From Psammoneis japonica (taxonomy: Eukaryota), in assembly GCA_008632985.1 (NCBI GenBank), contig QPGO01000348.1, positions 1-43,882 of the forward strand: a DNA stretch of 43,882 nucleotides. Reading direction: 5' to 3'. Numbering within the stretch: the first letter of the stretch is position 1; every line of letters starts with the position of its first letter. The translations under genes and the position numbers were made by a program. The notes below the pieces were generated by a model. The model was not told where the DNA came from, did no database searches, and worked only from the letters and a program-made list of their open reading frames with translations. Shown here in pieces: positions 1 to 12,575 of the stretch.

Positions 1-1369
1 AGGTTACAGAACAGTTTCTCCCCCGAGATACGGAGTGAAAGCGTCTGACCTCAAAGTTCTTGGCTACAGGGATTGTCAAGAGACGTAACCAACGAGCGAA
101 CTGAGAAGGTTTTCTTGTCTTGCGATTCACAATCTTCACTTCGACAAGACCGCCTTTGAGCACTTCATTGCCACCAACTCGTCCGTTTGCGTCTCGCTCT
201 TTTAGAAGAGCTGCTTGGGACAAGTTGTACTTCCGCATAAGTCGCTGCGCCAGCCTCATTGCATTTTTGGCCTCATTCTCATTGGAGTTGGCATGAAATC
301 CTGTGTTAAGAAGTTTCATGATTCGATTTTTTGCGGCTTGGTCCCTACTGTTGTTGCCGAATGCCTCCTGCCGTCCTCCGTGACCTCCGGGGTTAGCGGT
401 TTGATTGATGTTGAACGCATGCTTCCCCGGAGCCGCTGGCACATCTTTTTCTTGCATCAACACTTCCAGGGGTGGATCTTTAGGCTTAAACGCACGTTTT
501 CTTTTCGTATTTGGGGATCCTTTGGCCTTCCTTTTCTTGACGCCGTAGCATTCGTCATATTCCGCGTCATCTGAAGATGTAAGATCGTCGGCGTGGCTTT
601 CGTAGTCTTCGTCATCAGCATCACTTTCTGTGGTGTCATCATAGCCTTCGTCGCTAATGCTGTCGACATCAATCGCATCAGCTGCAGCCTGTTTCTGCCT
701 GTCTTCCAGAATTTCGTCCGTAACGTCTTCAACAGAACTGTCATCGCAGTCTTCCCCGGCGCTCGACAAAGACTTGCTGCTCACATTATCTAGGAGCTTA
801 TTTTTCTTTGCCAGTTGAATGAGCGCCTCTAGCGTTTCCACCTCTTGTAAATCATAGTACTCTACATCTCCATCGTCATACTTGACCTTCCACTCGCCTT
901 CTTCATCTTGAGAAGGGTGGTATTTCACCACGTTGCCGAAATATAGCATCTCGTCTTCTTGTCCGTCGACCTCAAAGTACTTGGCAATTCGCATATCAAC
1001 ATAGTTCCATGGGTTGACCACACCCCTTATATCCTTCTCTCTCGCGGATGCGTCCTCTTCCTCTGTGCCGCTGCTTTCATCTTCTTGGATCGCTGGAGCA
1101 CCACTGTTACTATCTACAACCTTTAGGACCAGATCATCTCCGTCATCAATTTCACTCGTGTCTTCCACCAGTGCGTCACCGCCCAAATATAGCTCGAAGA
1201 CATTACTGTCTTTGTTACCACCATGAGAGCTCTCTCCTTCTTGGGCAATTGCCCCCAGCTTGGTTGCAATCTTCTTTGTAAGGAGGTCAAAATCTACGCC
1301 TTGCTCAAAACGGAGTAGCTTTGCATCGGCCTGCCTGGTTTGGAGGCGGATCTTGATTCGAATCATCAT
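1..1369 (-). CDS. Tudor-like + DUF2786-like domain protein, 3' end outside the window
   Basis: Manually translated open frame from ATG 1369 to the window edge (absent from the ORF track because no stop lies in the window). Contains RIAKYFEVDG..YFGNVVKY..WKVKYDDGDVEYYD (Tudor-like), an acidic tract, KKRK..KRKR (NLS-like) and RIMKLLNTGFHANSNENEAKNAMRLAQRLMRKYNL (DUF2786-like). Confidence 0.8.
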   Translation of the reverse strand, partial: MMIRIKIRLQTRQADAKLLRFEQGVDFDLLTKKIATKLGAIAQEGESSHGGNKDSNVFELYLGGDALVEDTSEIDDGDDLVLKVVDSNSGAPAIQEDESSGTEEEDASAREKDIRGVVNPWNYVDMRIAKYFEVDGQEDEMLYFGNVVKYHPSQDEEGEWKVKYDDGDVEYYDLQEVETLEALIQLAKKNKLLDNVSSKSLSSAGEDCDDSSVEDVTDEILEDRQKQAAADAIDVDSISDEGYDDTTESDADDEDYESHADDLTSSDDAEYDECYGVKKRKAKGSPNTKRKRAFKPKDPPLEVLMQEKDVPAAPGKHAFNINQTANPGGHGGRQEAFGNNSRDQAAKNRIMKLLNTGFHANSNENEAKNAMRLAQRLMRKYNLSQAALLKERDANGRVGGNEVLKGGLVEVKIVNRKTRKPSQFARWLRLLTIPVAKNFEVRRFHSVSRGRNCSVT

Positions 1370-2103
1370 ATTCCGGTTGGATTGTCTAAAGCCTTTTCGC
1401 GATAAGATGCACTTGAGGCAGATCCAGTAGGATGATAGCAATGCCAATGCACTTTGTGTGATGAAGGGAATAAATGCAAGGCCGTGGATTTTTTTCCGTG
1501 AAGCGTGCGCCAAAGGTCGCCTCGTTTCCCGCCAATTTTGAATTCAAAATTCTTCCGCTATGAAAATACTTATAAGGCGTTTGTTGATCTCGCTTGGAGG
1601 GCGGATAGCTTCAGGCTGGGGCTCCTTCTGTACACAATAATCCAAGAGACGCAGGAGGTTAGAACCTGGAGCCAATGCTCTCTCTAGAGTAGAGAGTACA
1701 GAGCTTGAGAGAGAGACCACACCTTACAGAGAGGAGATGGGAAGAGAAATGATGACGGCACTTGGGTGCACACAGAAGGTTTGAGCACCAGCGCAAGAAG
1801 TCACTGATTCAAAATCAGTGTGACAAGAGGAACAATCATGGAAGGCATGATTTAGCATGTTGGACTCGTTCCTAAGAAATTATTTTCATTATGAGAAAAT
1901 GCACCGCCCTTTCATTTTCGAATTGATCAAGGTCAGGCCGCGCATGAAAATAGTCAGGGTTTGTGAGCCCTCAATGCCGCCCATGCTTTCACCTTGCATG
2001 ACGGCTCGAAAGCTCAAATCCGCTGTGGCACGAGCTCTATCACATGTATCATAACGCTGTTGTTGCACAGCGCAAGCAAGACACGGCCTTGCATGCGATC
2101 AGG

Positions 2104-3869
2104 CTAGCTGAAAGATTCCCCCTTTAGCACCTCCACTGACGTCTCTAACTCCGTTTCATTCACCTGCTTGCTCACACGGATCTTCTCGTCGACAGCACTC
2201 TCTGCGTCACGAACAGATCCGGTACTCTCCAAGGAATGAGCTTCCGCAACAGCTTCCTCCCATGACGGAATCAAGGACAGAATAAACACCGCAATCAGAA
2301 AGAATGCTTGCAACGCCAAGATGCCATATTTCTGATCCACGTCATTGTCCACTAAAATACTAAAAACGAGCGGAGGCAACCAACCCAAGATTTGTGTGCA
2401 GTAGACGTAAAATCCCGCCAGCTCTGCTTCTTGCCCTTTCGGGAGCAACATGGAAAAGAAAAGATTCTCAACCGGATAGAACCAACCGAGACAGAGACCA
2501 ATCGACGCACCCCAAACATAGGCAATGGCCTTTCGACTGGGATCCAAGATGAAGGCACCCACAATGGCAACTGCGGCCGTAGTAAGCATGTTGGCGCGCC
2601 AAGATATACTCGGATTCGTCTTGCTCGTAATGTAGGCTCCCAGCTTGGATCCCGGCAAGCTAGCAATGAGCGCCAAGAAAAAGAAAATTCCAATTTCGCT
2701 ACCACTCAATTTGATTTGTTCGTCCAGGAACGTTACAGCCAAAACGGTAAATGCATTGACTGCCGACTCGGCAAAGACAAGCGCCAGATAGAACCATCGC
2801 AACGAGTTGGCATACTGTTTCCAAATGTGCTTTGCGGTATGCCAGACCTCCACAAAGGACTGTCGAAAGAGCGTACATGTCGTATTCTTGTTGCTGCTAT
2901 CTTGAGGCAATTTGTGACTGGCTGGTACATTGGGCATGAAGCGACCCCATCCAATAGCAAAGAAGGTTCCGCTGTAGACTGTGTTGAAGGCTTGACCCAA
3001 GTGGCCCGTCTGCACATCACTGAAATCGAATGCAAGACTGATTCCCGTCACTACAATCAAGAATAACGCCTGCGATGCAAACTGCACCATGGTAAAGGTC
3101 GCTTGGACTACGTAATGAAAGAAAGGAAAAAGCATGTAAGATAGGTAGAGGGGTTTCAGACGCACGAACGATCGTAGCAAGACACATTGTCATAAACATG
3201 AGCTGCTTACACTGCGTCATGACGGTTTCTCCGACATCCTTGGCAATTTCGGGAAGATAGGCATAAGTAGCGAGAATCTGTATCTGGTAAAAGAATCCAT
3301 TGATTGCTTGCAGAATCGACATGGCAAACCAGGTAGAAGAGACCGTGCCAATCTGAACGGCTTGAATGAGCATCATGATAATTGCCACGACTATACCAAT
3401 CCTTCGTCGATGGGGTGTGTAGTCAACAGCGGCCCCAAAAAAGGGCATGAAAAAGGCACTGAGCAGGCCAGAGAATACGGCGATATTGGCAATCAGTGTT
3501 GCTGGCTTTTGTCCATAGACTCGTTCATTACAATCATCAATGATTTCATTCTTTTCATCGAGACATCCTGCTTCTTCAGCGGCAAGGTAAATGAGAGCGC
3601 TTGCTAGAAAAATGTTACTCATGACGAGAGCCCCGCGGGCAATGCCAAGCTATACAAATGAATCAGGAACAGGAAAGAGTTAGAAGTCATGAGAGACATG
3701 TGCGGGACGTAGAAAATCCATCGAACAGTCGTTTGTACTTTTCACTCACAGTACAGTATCCCTTGGCCTTAATATTGCCTTGAAACTGACACCACCCAAA
3801 CAGCTTGGATTTAAATGTCCCGCTACTACTAGACGGGGCATCTGCTGGTGCATCGGTCGTCATTGACAT
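2104..3869 (-). CDS. MFS transporter, UMF1/Atg22-like; 3 exons
   Basis: Multi-TM ORFs joined in frame by GT-AG introns at 3650-3749 and 3108-3210. Motifs PFFGAAVDYTPHRR, YAYLPEI and LLPKGQEAELAGFY. Confidence 0.85.
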
Positions 3870-3989
3870 GGTTTCTTTACCGCGTTCAGCTTATGTACTG
3901 TCCAATGTGGTTTGATTGAAAAACAGGGGGAGATACCGGTCCCGGTTCTTCCAATGTTTTTCTTTCAACAAACACGGTAAATAAATTCA

Positions 3990-6290
3990 ACGTGCTTGCT
4001 TTGTGCTTTTGTGTCACGTGTCACGCATCGTTCAACGTTCTCGCGTTTCTGTGCTGTCGCAATCGTGAATCGTGACAAATTTCAATCACGGTTTGATCGC
4101 GCGAGCATTGGATCGTCTGTCCATCCAACGATCAAATCCTTCCTTTGTCTGCTTGCACACAACATTGTGATTCAACTCGCGGGACGTTGATCCCGCATCT
4201 AACAGTTGCACCTTTGTGTTCAGCAGCGTTTGGTTGAACTGGTTGTTGCGTGCTTGCTGTGGGATTCTTGTGCACCCACAACATGAGAAAAACATGCTGC
4301 TGTGCGAGCTCAGCAGCTTCCCCCAGCAGAGCGCACTTGCAGCTTTGGCTGGCCACCCCAGCGCTGTTGTGCAAAGCACTTTTGACTGAGCAGCAGCTCA
4401 CCACTTTCTCGTGTAACAACTCTTCTGTGTCTTTCAGTGCACAGATGCTGTTGTCAGTGTGCCAAAGTTCTTGTGTGCTCCTCCCACACTCTGTGCCTCT
4501 CTCTGTCAGAGTGCTCCTCCAGCGCCGCAGCTGCGGCTTCACCCCCCGACTGCAGCGCACGTGTTTGGAGGATTTCCACACTGAAACTTCAAAGGCCAGC
4601 ATCATCTTGCCAGTGTCTGGCTCACCTTTGATGACAATGTTTGGCTGCACTCGGCATGGAGATTTGCAGGTCATGTGATGCGATGCAATTGGAGGTTCCG
4701 GTGAGCTGCAGTCAGCCAAAGATTGTTTTTAGGATGTTGGTCCAATTTGGGATGTGGAGCTGGATGCCCCCAATTTAGCAAAGAAACTTGACTGCACCTT
4801 GTTGCGCTGCTTCATTTTTGGCAAGGTGCTGGGCATCCCACATGCTCAACAATCCAAAGCTGAGCAAATCAAGTGTCAAAAAGAACATGCAACCACAATT
4901 GAAAAGGCCATGGCGAGTGATGAAAAGCATTGATGTGGATGACATGATGGCTGTGTGCCATGAAGGTGATGTGATGCCACAAAAATCAACTTCTTTTCAG
5001 GCAAAAATGGTCTCAGGGTTGTTTTTTGCCTCTGTTGACGATGCTGAAAATGACCCCCCCTTCACAATTGCCTCGAAGTCACCCCAAACAAAGCAGCAAC
5101 TGCTCACTGATCTTGGCTGTGATTTTGAAGTCATTGGGCACAAAGTTGGTAAAAGTGTCCTCAAGGGCATGCCCACAAGCCACTCTGCAGCTTGCTTTGC
5201 TGAGCCAAAGGTGAGTGCCTTTGCCAACGTGCCAGCAAAGCTGGTCACTGCCATGGACACCATTGTCTGTTTGGGAGCAACTGTTTTGGGCAAACTCCAA
5301 TCCTAGAAAGAGGCCATCAAGAGGATCTAAAGCTCATCTGATCAATTTCATGAGGCCATTGCCAGGGTTTGCTTCACATGGAAGGAACGAGCACACAGTT
5401 TCTCAGAAATGAACAAAGCATTCTTCTGACTTGCCCCAGACTTGGGTGGCATGCACGTGCCCCTTTTTGCCAAAAAAAAACAAAAGTTTTGTGCTTTGTT
5501 CAACATGGCCAACATTTTGTCAATGTGATCACATTGACAGCTTTCAAGCAAAACAAACAGATGAAATTTGAGCCAAGAATTGGCAGCCAAAACGACCATG
5601 GCTTTCAGCAACCATGACGGCCCACTTTTTTCAACCCAACGTGAAAAATTGAATGGCTCCATTTTGTGCAGCCTCTGTCTCATCAGTGACAGCAATGAAA
5701 ATGCTTGTTGCAGGCTGCAGCACAGCACAAGAATGCAAATCTGTCAACAACAACAATTTGGTCTCATTTCATTCATGCAACTTGCCTCTGAGGACTGATT
5801 GTTTTTCATTGCGCCACATGTGTTCCCTCCACATCATTGACTGGCAAAAGTGCTTCAGTCATTCATGTCAACAAAGCCGTGAAAAGATCTAAAGTTGACG
5901 CCATTGCACGGGCTGACTTTCATTTCTTCTCATGCTTTCAAAAAAAATCACTTGTCAACGAATGTTTTGTTCAATCCATTGAGGGCAACTTGTGTTCACA
6001 CAAGTGCACAAAACATTGCTCATGTTTTCTTCAAGATGAGTGGGCTTGCACATGAGAACATCATGTTTGCTTTGTGTTTTCACCTTCGTGTGAGTGCGAT
6101 CTAAAATTGCTCATGGGAAAACCGAGCTCTCATCTTGCGGCACCATTTGACGATCAACAATTTGGTCCATCCACAGTTTTGAGCACACACGCATGGTTGC
6201 ATGCACGAGACCTTTTGTGTGCTCAATTTGGTTTTGCCCATTTGGGGATCCCCCAAAATGGCAAGGGCAAGGGGGGGGAGTCATTGATGA
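3990..6290. mobile_element. TpA-depleted degenerate block A (unclassified element or gene relic)
   Basis: Only a handful of TA dinucleotides in ~2.3 kb, strong TG/CA excess, no intact gene. Contains a decayed Walker A-like motif at ~4600-4640 (-). Confidence 0.55.
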
Positions 6291-6805
6291 GACGGACTAA
6301 TTTAACAGGAGACTTACAGTGTTTAAAATCACAATTTCGAAAAAGAAAAAACACGTTTGGGAGAAAAAATGAAGACAGTGTAGAAATGCATGACACGTCA
6401 TAAATCCTTAGTCATCCACCATCTTTAATTCAATACAATTTATTATTTTATATGTGCATTAAAAAAGCACTATCGATAAACAACATTTAGTCTTGCGTTT
6501 AACACTCGGCAAATAATAACTTTGACATGAAATATGCTCTTAAAATTACCGTTCAAAATCAAAAACGAAATTTAGCTAGCAATGTTCGCCCGTTCAACGG
6601 TCGCTAAGAAGTCAGGCGTTATTCCTGTTAAGTAAAGGGTGCGTCAGCGACTAATATGATATACTGTATCTCAAGCAAAAATTTAAAAAATCCAAAAATT
6701 GCGGCGCGGGAGTAAAGAATGCCAGGGCAACAAACGACGAACAACCACATTGACATGAATATCCACTTCTCATAAACTTTTCATGGCCTCAAATTGAACG
6801 CAGTC

Positions 6806-8040
6806 ATGGATCCGCCTTCAGAAGGCGTCCCTATAAACAATAAGGGCGGGTCCCCGTTCAGAATGGTGAAAAAGAAGCCACTGGTTGCCTCAGTATTTGT
6901 TGCAGTGGCTGCCATCGTTGCCATTACGGTTGTCGTCGTAAAGAGTGGTCCGCAAACCAACGGTCAGGTGTCTTCAGCATCCGGGACGGGACCGATAACG
7001 CCTGCCCCATCGGTGAGCATTTCCCCATCCATCAGCCCTCAACCCACCTCAAGTCCATCAATATCTCCAGCTCCTACTCAGGAACCTTCGGCATCACCAA
7101 CCGCCACGCCGACTGCGAAACCATCCGCACATCCTTCCTTGGAACCGACTATCTCCATCGAGCCCAGCTTGGAGCCCTCGGTCTCACCTTCTCAAGCCCC
7201 TTCATATGTTCCAAGCACGTCTCCTTCTGTTGCGCCCACCATTTCAAATGCACCGACAGAATTTCCGACCTTATCGCCGTCGGCCGAACCAACTGAATAT
7301 CCAACCGTTTCCCCTTCCGCCTCACCCACGATATCGAATGCTCCATCGTACGGTCCCATTGATCCTGATTTTGAGTTTCGACTCAAGTTGCATTGGCAGA
7401 AAAATTATTTCTGGCAGGAATCTAAAAGGGAGGAGAGGTACTGTTTGGAGTGCATGCAATGCACCCGGCTGAACTTTGACCAGTTCCCGCCCCCTTGCCG
7501 AAGAGCTTCGTGTAGACACAAGCGGCAGTTATGGATCTGGGACTGCGGTGGTGGTCGAGGCGAAGCCTTTGTTGTCAGGTATGTGGGAGACTATATTCAA
7601 CTGAAACTCGCTGATGAAGATTTATGTATGACTCGCTACGACAAGAAGATTATTACAATTGAAGACTGTGATCGAGACAGAAAGGATCAACAATGGAAAC
7701 CAATCACAAGGTACGGCAGGTTTACCATTGAACCGGCCAGAAGGGGGAGAGACGATGAAAGAGACTACTGCGTAACTCAGCACCATCACCCAAAGGTAAG
7801 AAAGAGTACCGCCGCTGTTCGCAATAGTTCTTATACCTTCCTCTAACAAGACTGTCTCGTCGATGTTACTCAGAACGGAGAACCAATTGGTTTTCATAAT
7901 TGTGGAACTGCCTATAGGGTAAGAAGTAGAGTAGAACGGACGGATTTCTTGTTTTCTCACTATACAGCTCACTTCATCACGGACTATTCTTTTTTTGTAC
8001 ACAGCATGAGACGGTGTACTGGAATGCTTATAGACTTTAA
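6806..8040 (+). CDS. Membrane-anchored Pro/Ser/Thr-repeat protein with C-terminal ricin-B-lectin-like Cys-rich domain; 3 exons
   Basis: N-terminal TM segment after KKK, PSxSP/PTxxP stalk, then FRLKLHWQKNYFWQE..CLEC..DQQW..CVTQHHHPK. GT-AG introns 7796-7873 and 7919-8004 give NGEPIGFHNCGTAYR-HETVYWNAYRL*. Confidence 0.75.
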
Positions 8041-8229
8041 CAGCCCATGCAGGGGTTTCCGATACTTGTGCTAATTTTAGAATATTTACCTTGACTGAAT
8101 ACTGCCGTTCCTTCTGCACAGCGACCAAAAGTTGCATTGTATCACTGCTTCGGTATTGATGCAGGATAATTGTGCATAGAGAGTTGAATTCTGATGTTTG
8201 ATGTATACACACATTTGCGTTTAACTTCA

Positions 8230-11200
8230 TTGACAGAAGGGATTCGCAACATTTTTGACCAGAGTTAGGCTCCTTTTGCCCAGCAGAGCAGACCTGACCC
8301 TTTCAGGTGTGATGGCACCGCACCTTCGGTGATGGACACATTTGTGCTGTCGATTTCCTCTCATTGAGAGAATGACCTCCTTGTGAAAGCTAGAAACATG
8401 CTTTATTTTGCTCCCTTCATCAAGTCTCTGCTTTCTTTGACATCCAAGGACATGTTTAACCGGCAGATGAATGCATTGAAGCCAATTTGCAGCACAAACA
8501 TTCATCACTGGGCTGCACCAAGGCCATCAGCATGAGACAACAGTTTGACACCATTGGTGAGGAAAGCAAGAGAAACAAATCTTCCGGCTAAAATTTGTTC
8601 ACTGCTTTCAATGCTCAAACCAAAAAGCAACAAATGTTGTCACATTCTCATCATGTGATGAGAATGTTCAACAAGTTTCTTGTGCAATCGCTTGCTTTTC
8701 CCTGCCTGGCCACATGCTGCAAAAAACTTGTGCAAGATTTCAGGTGCAATGTCTCCATTGGTGGGGGTGGTCAGTTCAGAACTTTTGTCAACCACCATGA
8801 AGTGGAGTCACTTGTCCAAACATCAAAATGGAGAAACATGGTTGCAGTGCAGAAGCATGTCACCCAGTTTTTCTCTCAATTGCCAGTCCTGCCAAATGGA
8901 TCCTAAAAAGAGGGAGCAGAAGGAGGGAGATGTCAGAGTGGCAGCAGCTGTGGTGTTTGCATCATCATGATGTGCGAAAATGAAAAGTGGAGAAAAAACC
9001 AACCTCACCTTCAAGACTTGGCTCAATGCACCATGAAGAGAGTGCAGAAATTTTGAGGCTGCAGTTGTTTTTTCTGTTTTGAAGATGATTTCATTCAATG
9101 GACAAGAAGGGTTAGCCTTGCACATGTGGAGTGCAGGGTGTGTCGCGCCACTCATGAAACTGAGCAAGGTTGGGAAGGGCAAGACCTGGGTCACTACCCT
9201 GCATTGCAATTGTGCAAAGAAACAGCATGGGTGCAAGCAATCTCTGACAACAAAATGGGGAGATTGGCTCAAAAGGAAGCCATGGTGGCAAGCTCTTGTT
9301 TGATGTCATTTCTTGTTGTGTTGTTTTTTTTGTGTGCTCTGCACCAAATGTTGTGCCACCTTCAATGACTCATTTGGGGCAAGCTTGTTGACAACAGTCT
9401 GCTCCATTGTTTTGAGTGATCAAGAGTGGCTGAACAATTGGGAAATCTGGCTGCCAAGATGGAAAAAGCTTTGGCTTTCCTGCCAATGTGAAAGCCTTGG
9501 AAACACAAGCAAAGTGATGTGCATGTTCTCAGCAGCAGATCTTAAAGTGGCTGCACAATCAAAACCCACATTTTGTCAACACATGCTGTGCCAAGGAAGG
9601 AAGCCCAAAAGCCCCAGTTCTGACTCCATGCAAACTGCATCAATTTTCACAAGCTGAGATCAAGGCAACTCAGCTCTTCTTGAAAAATTTTCTCTTTGAA
9701 ATGGCAAGGCAAGGTTGAGGCAACAAATTCACCCAAGTCACTCACAATGGAGGAACTCTGCAGCAAGTCACAAGAAGAAGCATCAAGCACCATCACTCCA
9801 GCTGGTAGAAAATTCATGATGCAAAAGTCAGTTTGGCCCTCTCTGTGAGACATGCTGGTCATTGACTCAAGTTGCCACAATTGACTCTCTGCAGCTTGAC
9901 CTGAAAATGGGGCAAGAATTGCTGCTTTTTGCTGGCTTCTCTCTTGGTGCACTTGCCAACACCCTCCAATGTCTGTGTGCCATGTGTCGCAAGGTGTGCC
10001 CAAACCATTTGTGCTGGACAATGCTGTTGAGTTGCACACAGGTGCCAACCATGACAGCACAGTGTGAAAAACTGCATGCATGAGAAAAATGTGGCAACAC
10101 TGAGACCAAAGGGCACCAATGCTTTGAATGACCCATCATTGGGCTCATGACTGCCAGAAGGTTGTTGTGCTGATGGATCTGCGTGCTGTTTCTTGCTTTT
10201 TTTGCAACAAAGCACTTGCTCTAGATGCAAAAGATCTTTGCAAATGAGCAGATGGCATTTTCTTCTTCTGTCAAGAATGAGCAAAGCACAACTGGGCACA
10301 GGCAAGGAAGATGGTGGAGGAAGTGGGGGAAGCACTTGGTTCACCAAAAAGGCACCAGAAAGGAGTTCTGGGATCTGCCACAGCTGAAAAGAAGCAAACA
10401 TTGAAGCAGTGGCTTGGGTGGCAAAGGTGATGGCAACAATGCCTTGTTGGCTGTGTTGGGGCTGAATGATCTCACAGATTCAGACAGCAAGCTCAAAAAG
10501 AACCCAGACATGAAACAAGCATGGTTTTTGGTGGAAAATCTTGGCAAAGCACTGCTGCATCAGAGGCTGCAATGCAGTGATCATCACATGTGCTGTCACA
10601 GTGATTTTCATTCCTTTCACAGTTGGCATTTTTGCAGTTTCAAACCTCATTGGTTGTGCAGCTGGCAACAAATTTTCATCTGTGACAGTCAATTAAATTT
10701 GCTGTGGAGACATCTTTTTAACTGCAAGAAATCAACTTTAACTTTCTAAAAGCCCCCTCTTTTCACACATTCTTCATGTGCCTTCCTCCACTGCAGAAGC
10801 TGAAAATTAACATCATCAGTTTGTTTCATGTCACACGCCAGTTTTTACATTTAAAGTGATGATTGCAATGAATTCAGTCCACTCTTCTCAATCAACAGTG
10901 ATGTGTTGCTTTTGCTTTTTAACATTGATCATCAATTGACACTGAGCAAATGCTGCGGTGCCGGTTCTTCCACATTTCCAATTGGCTCACACTGGAGTTT
11001 TACATTCTTTGCTTCCGTTGCTTTCTTCTTGGCTGGCTCTGTTGTTTGCAATTGTGCTTTTGAGCTTGGGACCAAACAACTCCATTCCAAAACCATTGGC
11101 AAAATGTTCCATTTTGTCAAAATCAACCTCATGTCGGGAAATTGGAAGGAAGGATTGGGGTCAACCTCATCATGGGATGGGGTAAAGTCATTGACTGCCA

Positions 11201-12350
11201 TGGCAAGAGGTCAGTTGTGATTTGCATGGAATGCACGTGGATCACAACAGCGCATGCTCAGGTCAAATGCAGTTTGGGGAGAGGATGCACTGTTGTGAAT
11301 GCACAGACAATTGCACATGTAGAATGAGTGCTCGAAGCCGGGTGGAGAGCCATGCACTGAAATTCTGGGAGGTGCTGGAAAAATGAGGCAGGAAATGCAC
11401 ATGGGGGTGACTTGGGCACAGAGGACACACCAGACACTGTGGCGGGGCATGCACACAAGATGGAGCCATTGAAAACAACAATCAAAGACAAGATTGCAAA
11501 ATGGGTGCAATGTTGTTGTCAAATTGCAATGTGTGAAAATCAAGCAAAGGATAAAATTCAAATGGGTTGCCAAAAACAAACAAAAGCAAACAGGCAACAA
11601 AAGTCCCCAAACGCATCTGACAAAGGCAGTGTGTCATTTGCTTTTACAGTCAAAAATTACAAACAAAAGATTGACACACACAACGTTGATTGGCACAAAT
11701 CACACAAAGAAAATTGAACACCATTGTGTTGCGGCCTCTGATGTGGATGAACTCAGCTTTTTTTTGCAGGTGGCTGAAGCTGAAGGTTGCAGACTTGCCA
11801 CGCAAGGAAGCCTGACCTTGTGAAGAATTTGACAAAGCTTGACATTGGGCAGATGACCCCAAAATGCACCCAATTGGCTTGCCAAGTTGCCACTTTTGCA
11901 GTGCTCCCATGGAGGCTGCAGCCCAAGCCAATGCCTTGGTGTGGCCTGCCCCAGTGCATTTCTCCCACCATTGCAGTGCACCTCAGTCTCTCCATCAATG
12001 CTCTGGGCAAGAGAGTGGATGGTTGCAACAGCATTGTTTCTCTCAACAAATTTGATTTCTGGATCCATCACACCCACCATCAACTTCTTGAGTCCGACCT
12101 TGTGATGAAGCACTTGCAGCCCGCAAGAAAAAACTGTGAGAAATCACAAACAAATGTCACGCCCCAAGTGCCCCATCGCTGGCATCATCATAAATGGGCC
12201 CAGGGCACAGACGATGTCGTGAAAAAAAGGCGAACTCGTAAACGTCAAGTCGTGACACCTGCAACAACGTCAACACATCTCTCAAAACGAAGATCAGAAC
12301 AATGCCCGAAGTCTCAGCCCGCAGGAAGAGTGACGTGTGACGACTCCTCA
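8230..12350. mobile_element. TpA- and CpG-depleted degenerate block B (unclassified)
   Basis: ~4.1 kb with very few TA or CG and a TG/CA excess. Only short Cys/His/Gln-rich, Tyr-poor ORFs; no recognisable domain. Confidence 0.5.
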
Positions 12351-12575
12351 TCTCTATAGACATGCGTGTTAAAAAAGGCATAAGGGGAGGTACACTGTAC
12401 GGTACACAACATAGGGCCCTCTACTAGAGAGCTACGACTAGCTCTAGCTAGCTACTAGAGAGGTAGAGCCAGATCAGGGGTGAGTCGGACCGACAACAGC
12501 AGAAAAAACTCCGTTCCACAACACTCGCAGTCAAACTAAAGGTCAAATGCTCATGCTCAAATGATGCTCCTCTCA

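Noticed and set aside
4086..12359. Many overlapping 60-200 aa Cys/His/Gln-rich ORFs on both strands in blocks A and B (also in C and D)
   Set aside because: A by-product of TpA depletion removing TAA/TAG stops; they are Tyr-poor, lack domains and occur in all six frames.
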